From positions 212,414,001 through 212,478,000 of the forward strand of contig NC_058368.1 in NCBI RefSeq assembly GCF_018350175.1: DNA of 64,000 bases, read 5' to 3'. A model generated the notes under the pieces. That model did not search any database. It saw only the letters and a program-made list of their open reading frames with translations, and was not told the DNA's origin. Source of the stretch: Felis catus. Its lineage: Eukaryota. Of the stretch, positions 54,186 through 64,000 are shown one piece after another. The position numbers and the translations under genes were made by a program. The stretch's first letter is position 1. Every line of letters begins with the position of its first letter.

Positions 54186-56501
54186 CTTTACATAGATTAT
54201 TGTTAAAATGTTAGTGTGACTGAGCTTGGTGAGTATTTCCTGATTCATAGTTAGATCTTTTGATTTAACTAACTTTACAGCTTTGTATTATTATTGTTCT
54301 ATGAATTTATTGCCATTTAGATGATATCCTGACATTTCTTTGGACTTCATTTACCTTATCTGCAATATAAAGAGGTCAGATTAGATGGGCATCTAAAATA
54401 TGACTATAAATTATTGCTTTTTATTAGAAGAGAACTAATGGGAACTAATTACAATGGGAACTAATTTATTTCCATACCAACCAAGGCTATTTACTTTCAG
54501 ATTAACAAATCAGATGGATATTAGTTTCGCTTGGTTGTTTGAGTCCTGGTTGGTTTTTGTCAAGAAGTTCAGTATTCTGAATGTGTTGCTTATGGGACCA
54601 TTTAGGTGAACTGGTGTGAATTGATTAATTATTGATTTTAATATGAATTATCTGAATACCTTGATCAAATTTGTCAATGTACTTCACCTTAAACACAATA
54701 TAGACAGACTCATCATTAGGATCCAAACTATGAACTGTATCCCTCTCTCTTTTCTTTCCTCATTCTTTCTCCTCACTCTTCCCTTTCTCCTCATACCCTC
54801 TTTCTGCCTTCCTTCCTTTCTCCCTCCTCTCTCTCTTTTCTTCTCCACTCCTTTATTTTCTCCTTATGCTTTCTTTTCTTCCTCCCACCCTTCCTTCCTT
54901 CATTTCTTCCTTCACAAGTTTAGTGAGAACTCATTGCCAGGCACTGTGCTCAATACTTAGCGTTCAGTCCTTAAATAATAATTGCCCTTGTCCTCAAGGA
55001 GTCTAGCCCAGTAGGGCAGACACTTTTTTAAAAAAAATGGATGCTAATTGTGAAATAAGTTGGTAAGTATATCAATATCAAAAACATTGGTACATGCTGG
55101 TAGGGCTAGATAGGGTTTAGGATTAGGAAATGCATCCCAAATGAGGTGATTGCCTGGAACTAGCCAGGCAAGGATGAGTCATGGTACTAGAAGGGGAAAG
55201 TGGGTACCTTAGAAGCAGAACAAGGTTGCAGTGGCACAAGGTCAAGAGACAGTGGTGTGGGAGCTAAAGTTAAACAGGGAAGTTAGGGGAGATGAGGCTG
55301 CAGAGTAGGGAGACACAGAGATCCTTCTGTGATCTCATTTCATATAAAGTAGCTTGCACTTAATATCGTGGATGAGAGGAAACCACTGACAATAGTTTAA
55401 GCTCCATGGTGACCTAGTGAGAATCTTTTTTAGGAGCAATGAATTCCATGTGATTCAAGCACCTAGATTTATTTGATTCTCAAGTGTGACTAAAATCATG
55501 GTTTCTGATTTTATAAAAGAGGGATGCTAATTTATAATTTATAGCCCATAAAGATAATGAAATTGATCTGTGTCTCAAAAAGTACATTTATTAACATTAA
55601 TAAATGGTGTTTAATGTGCATTAATTAACAATAGTGGGATGCCCTGCTTTAAGGAAATCTGATCTATATTAAGGCAAATTTGCAAATCAGAAAAATTGGA
55701 GAAGTATTGATAGTACTTTTTGGTGTCCCCCCCCCCCCTTTAGAAAGCAGAGAAAACTTCCTCTTAAGTAGCGAGTTCCTTTTGTGCATTTTGAAAAGTA
55801 AATTTTTATACTGAATTCATTAGGAAAAATAAGTTACATAAAATGAAGTTCATTTAAAAGACTGTTAAGGATATTTATGGAATATAAAAAGTCATAATCT
55901 CTATTTTTGAGAAGGTTACAATCTAATGATAAAAGTCTCTTCACACCAACAGAATATCTGTTGCCTCCTTTTTTCCCTCAGTTATTCGTATTTGTTCTTT
56001 TTTTTTCTGGATAGAATTGAAAAACATTGAATGGCAAAACAGAGGGCTTCTCATTTGTTAGCATTCCCTACATGTCACCCTCATTTAGAAGTCAATTTCT
56101 AATTTTTACAGAGAATCTACTGTTGCAAGAAGAATGTGTGTTCATTAGGGAACTTTTTGGGTAAGAGCAATTAGATTTAATTCTTGAACTTTAAGACATA
56201 AAGCTTGTAGAGGGCACTGAGGCAAAGCAGTGATAGGTGGTCAACATATGTGATTTATTTGGCACTGAACCATCTAGAAACAACACACTAGTTAGGGTTT
56301 CACATCTGATTGGCATATACACCTTTCTCTTCTTTGAGTTTCATGATTGTTCTTTAGAACCTTAAAAAGAATACTAGGTACATTAAACAAAAATATGCCT
56401 ATCCAAACATTTTTGAGAGGCCAACCCCAGCCTATCAAATTAAGGTTCTTGACTTATGCTTGCTTCTCTTAGTATAACACCCATATGGTTTGAGGGAAAA
56501 C

Positions 56502-57474
56502 CTGCCCTTTAAAAAACAGGGAAGACTTTCATGGTTTGGTTTGTCAAACTTCTTGTAGTGCTCTGAATTCCATTAAAACCTCCCATCCAGTTTTGCAAAG
56601 TGCTCTTTTCCTCACTTAAAATGCCCACATGTTTTACTCCATGTGTTTCATATTCATTTAGACATCTCACATAGCTGGAGTCTAAGAACTACTTAGTCTC
56701 CAAAAAGACCTTTCCTACTAGCATTTGGTTCTTAGAAATAGAAAGTTAGACTTTGCCAAATGCAAATGAACTCCAGACCTTTGTTTTTCTTTTCTTTTCT
56801 TTTTTAAATATGAAATTTATTGTCAAATTGGTTTCCATACAACACCCAGTGCTCATCCCAAAAGGTGCCCTCCTGGTGCAGCCGCTCTGGAAAACAGTAT
56901 GGAAGTTCCTCAAAAAATTAAAAATAGATCTACCCTATGACCCAGCAATAGCACTGCTAGGAATTTACCCAAAAGATACAGGAGTGCTGATGTATAGGGG
57001 TACTTGTACCCCAATGTTTATAGCAGACCTTTATTTTTCAAAGGGGCTTTGTAAAACTGGGAAAAACCTCCATGTCCCTATTCTTATTCTTGAGATATCC
57101 AGGTATGGTAGCCTTTCTCAAAGTGTGTTCTCTTCATATCACAATCCCACAGGGTTGTTAAAAATGCCTCTTTGTGGGTCCCAACACAAATTTACTAAAT
57201 TCAAATTCCTGCTTGTTTTACATAGTGTGATTCTTTGGAATGTACTAATGACATACAGTAGCTCCTCAATAAGTTTTAACTATCATCATCTAAATGCTTT
57301 CCAGACATCTTTTTGCTTCTTGATTTTCAACTTTAGGTGTTAAATCCTATTATTAATCCTTGTACTACATAATCTTTAAACTCTTTGTTCTGAGAGTCTG
57401 TGATTCCATATGGAGTGGTTTCCAATGAGGAAAGATTATTGGTTAAGAGTTGCATCCACTCTTGGCTGTGTTTT
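56502..57474 (-). pseudogene. Pseudo-exon interrupted by a young L1 insertion (56790-57023)
   Basis: Acceptor tttctcttag|. Reads KHSQEWMQLL..., ITLCKTSRNLNLVNL (cf. GREB1 FCQAGKDLRLVSI) and LQNWMGGFNG (cf. NALLGFSG). The frame continues across the TSD. Donor position approximate. Confidence 0.65.
56790..57023 (-). mobile_element. 5'-truncated, 5'-inverted (twin-primed) L1
   Basis: T tail plus L1 3' tip on minus (56790-56872) fused to a plus-oriented ORF2 C-terminal piece (56873-57023). TSD cagaccttt(g/a)tttttc. Confidence 0.92.
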
Positions 57475-57809
57475 CTAAGAGAAACTTAGCTTCAAAAGTA
57501 GACTTTTAAAATTTATCATGGACTATTTAGTTTACTATTGTATCTCCAGCACCAAGTATGGTACTTGGTACATAGTTGATGCTCAGTTATAATAACAGTA
57601 ATATTGTTGAATGAATAAATGAAATGAGTAAATACTACAAAATATGCTACTTACACACTCACTCATCCGCTCCTAGATCTGCTGTAATTCACAGATTAAC
57701 CTCAACTGTTTAATTTTGGTCACTAGTCTTCTGAACAGTTTAACAACTTAGAAAATCAAGTTATAACTTGTATAAAAGGCTCTAACAACAGTTTTCAACT
57801 TTACTATTT

Positions 57810-58032
57810 TTTTTTAATTTTTTTTTCAACGTTTTTTATTTATTTTTGGGATAGAGAGAGACAGAGCATGAACGGGGGAGGGGCAGAGAGAGAGGGAGAC
57901 ACAGAATCAGAAACAGGCTCCAGGCTCCGAGCCATTAGCCCAGAGCCTGACGCGGGGCTGGAACTCACGGACTGCGAGATCGTGACCTGGCTGAAGTCGG
58001 ACACTCAACCGACTGCGCCACCCAGGCGCCCC
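57810..58032 (-). mobile_element. Young felid CanSINE
   Basis: CpG-rich. TSD tttactatttt. Confidence 0.93.
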
Positions 58033-58389
58033 TAGTTTACTATTTTAATAAATGTACTGAGTGAAGAAACACCTGGTTGGGTGCCATTTTTTACTTTATC
58101 AGAAATTAAAAGAGGGTTGGTAGTGTATTTCATGGATAGATTTTAATATGTTTATATTGGGGGATTATGTGAATTCTTAAATTTGAATTTTTAAAAATAT
58201 TGTTAAAGAAGAAGTAAGTGGAAGAGGTGATTTAAATCTGGGTGGTTGTAGAGAGAAGGACCTGGGAATGAATATGGGGAAGGAGATTAAAGTTGCTTAA
58301 AAAAATCCCACTGCTCCATAAACCCTAAAAGGGTGAAAGTGCTCACAATAACTTGTTAATTTTTTTCATTAAGAAATATTTAGAGCCAT

Positions 58390-58494
58390 GGGGTGCCTGA
58401 CTGCTCAGTCAGAAGAGTGTGCAACTCGGGATCTTGGGATCATGGGTTTGAGCCCCAGGTGGGATGTAGAGATTACTTAAATAAACTTAAGAAA
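58390..58494 (+). mobile_element. Short tRNA-derived carnivore SINE without (CT)n
   Basis: 18-bp TSD aagaaatat(t/c)tagagcca. Confidence 0.85.
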
Positions 58495-58582
58495 AAGAAA
58501 TATCTAGAGCCAGTTATGAACTGTTGTGACCTCTTTGTTGTATTATATGCTCAGAAGTAAATATAGTCTTTTAAAAACTTAT

Positions 58583-58765
58583 TTCTGGGAATCAGGAATA
58601 AGAAATCCTTTGGTTCTTTGTTGTCACAGCTACTCATCAACCACTAATTCTGGAATTAGCCTGTTTGTTATCGTGTTTGATAGCACTCAGTATTCGAAAG
58701 TTGGATGAGGTAAAGAAAATACTGCTTTCTCTTTGTTGTAAGTCATGTACCTATTTTTGATGTAA
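58583..58765 (-). pseudogene. Pseudo-exon resembling the GREB1 N-terminus
   Basis: Acceptor ttttatag|; donor mutated (ATAAGT). Length 183 bp, phase 2 to 2, compatible with the next exon. PHPTFEY*VLSNTITNRL vs recalled GREB1 TRFEEVLHNSIEASL. Confidence 0.65.
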
Positions 58766-59529
58766 CTATAAAATCAGTAAAAAATAAGAGTTTCTAGGCA
58801 CAAACTAAATGTTACCATTTTTATTTGATAGTTACATCAGTTATAGGTAAGGCAATCCAACCCTGTACCTTACCTATATTTATGTTGAGTCTATATAATT
58901 CATTGAGCACAGCACAGATATACTTCTGGGAGATGGAGGCATTAATTTTGTTGTTATTGTGGCATTAGAATGAGTTTTGACTTTGAAGAATCAGAAGTAA
59001 ATATAGGACTGAAATCCAGGCTTTTTCAAATTACCTTGATACCTTGAGATTTTATTTAATCTCTTTGTGCTCTAGTCAAGTAGGAAAAATACAATGGGAA
59101 TAATGCTATCTTCCCTATTTTATAAGGTAGTATTGAAAATAAGAGTGAAGTAAAGCCTGTACTCTTTAAAAATTAAAACATTGTGTGAATCTAAGATTGT
59201 GCTATTATTAAATGTTTTGGCTAATGCTGATAGTAATTTACAACAAACAGATCATTTATATTTTCAGTCCCCGTCATGTTTGTTAGGATTATAGAGGCAG
59301 AGATGTAATAATATTGGCAAATTATAGATATTTCTCAGACATATTTTTCAAAAGCAACTATTTCTGGAAGAAGTGTAGAAAGTGATTCATCCATACTGTG
59401 GAAAATGTATTTTTCCCTAAAAATAAGAATTCATTTGTTGGGCATGTAATCAATAAATTCTGATTAAAACCAGTTTAGCACTTTGTTTTTAATCATCTTT
59501 TTCAGCTACTGGGTTTTGGCCACTTATTT

Positions 59530-59750
59530 TTTTAAGTTTATTTATTTTAGAGAGAGGAAGAGGGAGAGAGTGCACGGGAGCAAGCACCAGTGGGGAAGGG
59601 GCGGAAAGAGAGGGAGAAACAGAATCCCTAGCAGGCTCCACTCTGTCAGCACAGAGCTCAATATGAAGCTCCATCCCTTGAACCGTGAGATCGTGACCTG
59701 AGCTGAAATTAAGAGTCCAGTGCTTACCTGACTAAGCCACCCAGGAGCCC
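59530..59750 (-). mobile_element. CanSINE
   Basis: TSD cacttattt. Confidence 0.88.
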
Positions 59751-59903
59751 AGTCCTTGTCACTTATTTATTGTGTAGTTATTGTTTTTCCATGTGTGTGC
59801 TGAATTTTGTGGGGAAATATGGAAACATTAAGACACATGCTACTTATGTGGAAACAGTTTGCAACCTTATATATTTTGCATTTTTATTAAACAGTTTTTT
59901 GGA

Positions 59904-60138
59904 GGGGCGCCTGGGTGGCGCAGTCGGTTAAGCGTCCGACTTCAGCCAGGTCATGATCTCACGGTCCATGAGTTCGAGCCCCGTGTCGGGCTCTGGGCTG
60001 ATGGCTCAGAGCCTGGAGTCTGTTTCCGATTCTGTGTCTCCCTCTCTCTCTGCCCCTCCCCCGTTCATGCTCTGTCTCTCTCTGTCCCAAAAATAAATAA
60101 ACGTTGAAAAAAAAATTAAAAAAAAAAACAAAAAAAAA
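59904..60138 (+). mobile_element. Young felid CanSINE
   Basis: Long A tail. TSD aaacagtttttt(t)ggag. Confidence 0.93.
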
Positions 60139-60994
60139 AACAGTTTTTTGGAGATAGTTTTCATACTCCCACCACCCCACCACAACCACCAGAAAAAAAA
60201 AGTTTTACAAAGCCTAAGGGATCTAGTCTGTTAAATTCCTTTGACTTGATTTCCCTGTTAGGATATTCACCAATACAAATGATACCCTCTTAATTTTCTG
60301 ACTTTTTCATAAGCCAATAATTTCTATTGATGGTTACTTCTCTGTTCTCCATTTAAAACAGTTGTTTCTAATACTATGGGACACTGTAAAATGTTGAAAT
60401 GGTTTCTATATCATCAGAGTATGATTAATTTTGCTGAATTTAATTTTAAGGTTAAATACAGTAGTTTAAGCTTCTTATCTTCATAATTGTAATCTCCTGG
60501 AGGGAAGATCTATGTGGTTTACTTTCTTGTGTACCCCAAGCATCATGTCTTGTGTATAAAATGATACTATTTTTTCTTAAAAGCTAAAGACCTTATTAGG
60601 AATTATTATATACTTACATGAAATTAACAATAGTTGCATGATATACAACAACATTGTTTAATTATACAAAGAAAAAAACAAATTTAAGTATTAAAATTAC
60701 AATATCCATATGAAGTAAAGAATTTCAATTTATTACCTCAATAGGCAATTTTCCTTCCACCCTAGTAGCTAAAATGCTGTTTATTGTAAAAGATGTTGAA
60801 AGAGTGAATAAGTACACAAGAATATGGACTTGCTTCTTTCTAGTATTTAAAATTTGTTACTCTTTTTAGTATTCGCTGACAATTTCTATTAAGTTAAATG
60901 TTTGCTGTGTCACAGACTCTGGCACTCAACAGGCACTCAGCAAATGTTTTTATTAGTTGAGCTAAAAATTTAAGTTAATAAAGTAACAGATGAG

Positions 60995-60996
<2 letters not shown>

Positions 60997-61036
<40 letters not shown>
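60997..61036. repeat. (CA)n microsatellite
   Basis: Seen directly. Confidence 0.95.
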
Positions 61037-61037
<1 letters not shown>

Positions 61038-61110
61038 CACCATTACCACCAACACCTGGCACAAATCTCAATGAAGAAAAGACACAATAAAGGTGAGTTT
61101 CTTGCTTAAC

Positions 61111-62340
61111 CACCCCCTATCCCGTCACATGTGTTCTGTGCGTCATAATTTTGCTGCAGGAATCCCCTATTGAGTTTCTTTATTTAAAACCTCAGGTTTG
61201 TTGGTAAATATGACAACAGAGGGCCTGGTTCTTGGACTAAACTGCAAGTAATTATGATTGAATGTCCATGAATGGTCTTTCACATGAGGGCCAACAGGAG
61301 GTATAATGGAGTAGGTTGAAACATGTCAGATCCAATACTTGGCACTTTTCCCATTTTGCTTTGAGATTTGCTAAAACCTTTGTCTCAGTGAACTTTCACT
61401 GAAGTGTTGCAAAAGGAAATAAAACATGTTGATGAAGAGTCTGCTCCAGTATTATGTCTTCTTTCCCAAAATACACTATTTTTTTCAGGACAAGACTAAT
61501 CACAGCATGAACTTAGCCATAATTATACTGACTCCATTCACCTTGTGCAATTAACTGGATAATTGCATGAATGTGAGCATTGCTTTAGCCAGCCTTTCCC
61601 CCATATAATTCTACAGGGGATATCCTCTTCAGCTGCAGTGTATTCTTCTGGGACCTAATTATGATGTCTTTTGGAATATGGCCTGAGTATAGGAATTCAA
61701 GCTGGTTTTCCAGGACGGAGACCATGCAGAAATCCCAATTGGGTTCACTAGAATCCAGTTGTAAACATCATGCTACTCAATTGCGTTGTAATGGAGTAAT
61801 CCATCACAATTCTAATTTGCATACTAAAATTGACTGCTAAAATGTCTTGACTATCCAACTTCTCCTTCAGCAGACCTGAGTGTTGATATTTATTGAGTGT
61901 TGACTAATAACGTTTGTAAGGTTAATAGGCCTTATTGTGCTATTAATGAGACAAGGTAATTGCTCTTGGTATGGGGTTATAGCAAACTGGCAACAGGCTC
62001 CACCCTGGAAGAAGGACCAACATAGTTAATTTAGAGATTGAAATTATTTCTTCCCAACGTGAGTCTTGTGGTGATAGTCTAAATTCTGAAGCACTGGTCA
62101 GAAAAATTGAAGATGTGTAAACCATTGCTTTATATTTTGACTGAGTGGAAATAAATGAAAGTACTTGTTACTTTTCATATTTCCTCTGCTTGTCTTATTA
62201 ACACTTTAGAAAGAGACCACAGATGATAGCCACAGCATCTTTCTGGGGGAATTCTGCTTTCATGGATTAGAGTTTTTGAGTTCATTGAGGACAAAGTATT
62301 ATCATTTCATAAATCATTCACTATCCAAATTCCTCTTCCT
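61111..62340 (-). pseudogene. Decayed large exon (~1.2 kb), homology unrecognised
   Basis: Acceptor tttaaag| at 62341. Protein-like frames include QHSGLLKEKLDSQDILAVNFSMQIRIVMDYSITTQLSSMMFTTGF**TQLGFLHGLRPGKPA...EEDIPCRIIWGKRLAKAML. The 3' boundary is approximate. Confidence 0.55.
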
Positions 62341-62654
62341 CTTTAAATGGTGAAATATTCACCAGAGAGAGAGGGATGTGTAGGAGTAATGTATGGAATG
62401 AACAAATATGGCTACATCGATTCCATTATGGAGTTGAGAATAAGAATCAAGCTAGTTATTTAGTTGTAGTTGTATATTTGACTTTCTAGCTGAATGGCAG
62501 CTTAAGCTTGCTTTTGCTAACCCCTGAGTTATAGTCCCCAGTTTTGCTTCTCAGCCCTTCTTTCCACCTGTGTAATAGAATTCCCTCTATTATATTTCCA
62601 CATCCCTGTTTTCTTGGTTGCACCCTGACTGATGGGAATAGATTCTGTTTTATT

Positions 62655-62855
62655 TTATTTTTAAAAAATATTTATTTATTTTGGGGAGAGTGCAGGTGGT
62701 GGAGGGGCAGAGAAAGGGGGACAGGGGATCTTAAGTGGGCTGTGTGCTGACAGGCTGACAGCAGCGAGCCCGATGTGGGGCACAAACTCACAAACCTCGA
62801 GATCATGACCTGAGCTGAAGTTGGACACTCAACTGACTGAACCATCCAGGTGCCC
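62655..62855 (-). mobile_element. CanSINE in the short intron between the two large pseudo-exons
   Basis: TSD ttctgttttatt. Confidence 0.88.
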
Positions 62856-63011
62856 CAGTTCTGTTTTATTGATGGAAAGAAAAAGTGGGAAATAGTTGAA
62901 GAAGAGAAACATAGATATATAGTTTATGAATTGATAATGTTTATGTTTAGGACTGGCCTGTGAGTTGTCACCTTCTTCCTCCTGTTAATTCCCTAGTCAC
63001 TGCTTACTTAC

Positions 63012-64000
63012 AGTAGTTTGAAGGACCTGAGGTGGACACCTCAATTTGTCAAGTCTTCAGTGGTAGTTTTCATTACAGACTCTACCCCTGCTCAGTCATC
63101 TGACTCCCAATCAGTTCAGTTTTCCTCCAAGGGGATATGGAGTTTAATCATAGAGGGCTCCTATATTTTCTCTGTAAATGCAATACATGGAGAAGAAAGA
63201 AAGAATTCTTAACAGTTTAGTGTGGGAAATTAAATATTCAGTCCAAATGAATTTTCTCGTTCCTCCATAGAGCAGCATTTATGAAATTCAGACTTCATTT
63301 AGCATGGTTTTTGATTCTCCAACCAAATCATAATATCAATAATTTTTCTGCATACACTTTGGCTGAAATTTTCTCCATAAATAAAGCTCCTACTAAAATG
63401 ACTTCCTTAATATGATGTTAAATGTGATTAGTTCACTGAAAAACCACAGAAAAATAATATTTATATGATCAACACTATAAAGGTAATGCCCCAAATACTG
63501 CCTGGTCAGATGAGTGCTCTATAGAAAGCAATGTAAATGCTCTTTACAACTCTGCCTTTAAAGAGATCTGAAGAAACCATGATGGTTTCAGCTTCTTTAT
63601 CATAAAGGTTGATTCTGTGGTAAATCTTGTTAAAGAATGACTTACTGAATTGTGTCATAAAGAAACTGTAAAAGAAGTATGACATCCAACAATTTGCCCT
63701 CTTTATGCTTATAAAACCCCAGCATAATTGCATGTCTTTAAGATGTATATTTTGTCTGTGGCTTTAAAGCATACACAGGATTAAAACATTCAGTTATTCA
63801 AGAGACAATTCAGTATCAAAGATTTTGTAGAATTTGGAGAACTGAAGACCAAGATAGAAACCAAGATGGGTATTGTTCTTATCCTGGAAACCTAGCCCAT
63901 TTCCTCTGAGACAATCTTGAATTGTTAATTGCCTTCAATTTAATGCATTTATGTTTCATATCAAAATCTCAGGTTGAATGGGACTCAGATGATCTAGGGC
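63012..64000 (-). pseudogene. Decayed large exon (5'-most in window; acceptor off-window), homology unrecognised
   Basis: Long frame ALDHLSPIQPEILI*NINALN*RQLTIQDCLRGNGLGFQDKNNTHLGFYLGLQFSKFYKIF...IYIAFYRALI*PGSIWG, which includes ORF 63506-63733. Ends at canonical donor CT|GTAAGT (63011). Confidence 0.6.

Larger units (their letters stand above)
213..64000 (-). pseudogene. Large multi-exon unprocessed pseudogene, remote GREB1/GREB1L-family-like; probably extends beyond both window edges
   Basis: About 18 non-repetitive minus-strand segments. Most have polypyrimidine-AG acceptors and GT donors; a few splice sites are mutated. Several consecutive segments are phase-compatible. Translations are protein-like but interrupted by stops and frameshifts. 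Motif order is collinear with human GREB1 as recalled (by-eye comparison, no search run). Confidence 0.75.

Noticed and set aside
56753..57343. 196-aa plus-strand ORF as a novel fusion gene
   Set aside because: Accidental read-through of an inverted L1 fragment into the antisense of a pseudo-exon. It has a non-ATG start.
58390..58494. tRNA gene
   Set aside because: Degenerate tRNA-derived SINE with an A tail and TSD.
61111..64000. Endogenous bornavirus- or retrovirus-like element
   Set aside because: No recognisable N, L, gag, pol or env motifs, and no LTRs. A GT-AG intron splits the region, favouring host exons. A blastx search would settle it.
1..64000. Assignment to chromosome X or to a named gene (GREB1, GREB1L)
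   Set aside because: L1 density is only suggestive of X. Similarity to GREB1/GREB1L is far too low for orthology, so no symbol is given.

Overview
Felid (cat-family) genomic DNA, identified from SINEC_Fc-type CanSINEs and felid L1 3' ends. It is AT-rich and very repeat-dense, and contains no intact host gene. Repeats include three ~5.4-5.9 kb LINE-1 copies (16282-21716 +, 28730-34654 -, 43171-48940 -), about 16 CanSINEs, and older L1/L2/MIR/MaLR/DNA-transposon relics. Nearly all long ORFs in the supplied track are L1 pieces or their antisense shadows. The main result lies in the unique sequence between repeats. Read on the minus strand, it gives about 18 splice-site-bounded, protein-like segments full of stops and frameshifts, spanning the whole window. 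This looks like a large unprocessed pseudogene. Hand translation shows a collinear series of motifs resembling the N-terminal half of GREB1/GREB1L, preceded by ~2.2 kb of extra, unrecognised coding-like sequence; this comparison is by eye from memory and needs a profile search. It is a candidate lost, highly divergent GREB1-family paralogue. Secondary results: two L1s share five identical inactivating lesions, the three L1s show mosaic variant sharing, a twin-primed 5'-inverted L1 sits inside a pseudo-exon, and a 42-bp L1 tip has a perfect 15-bp TSD.
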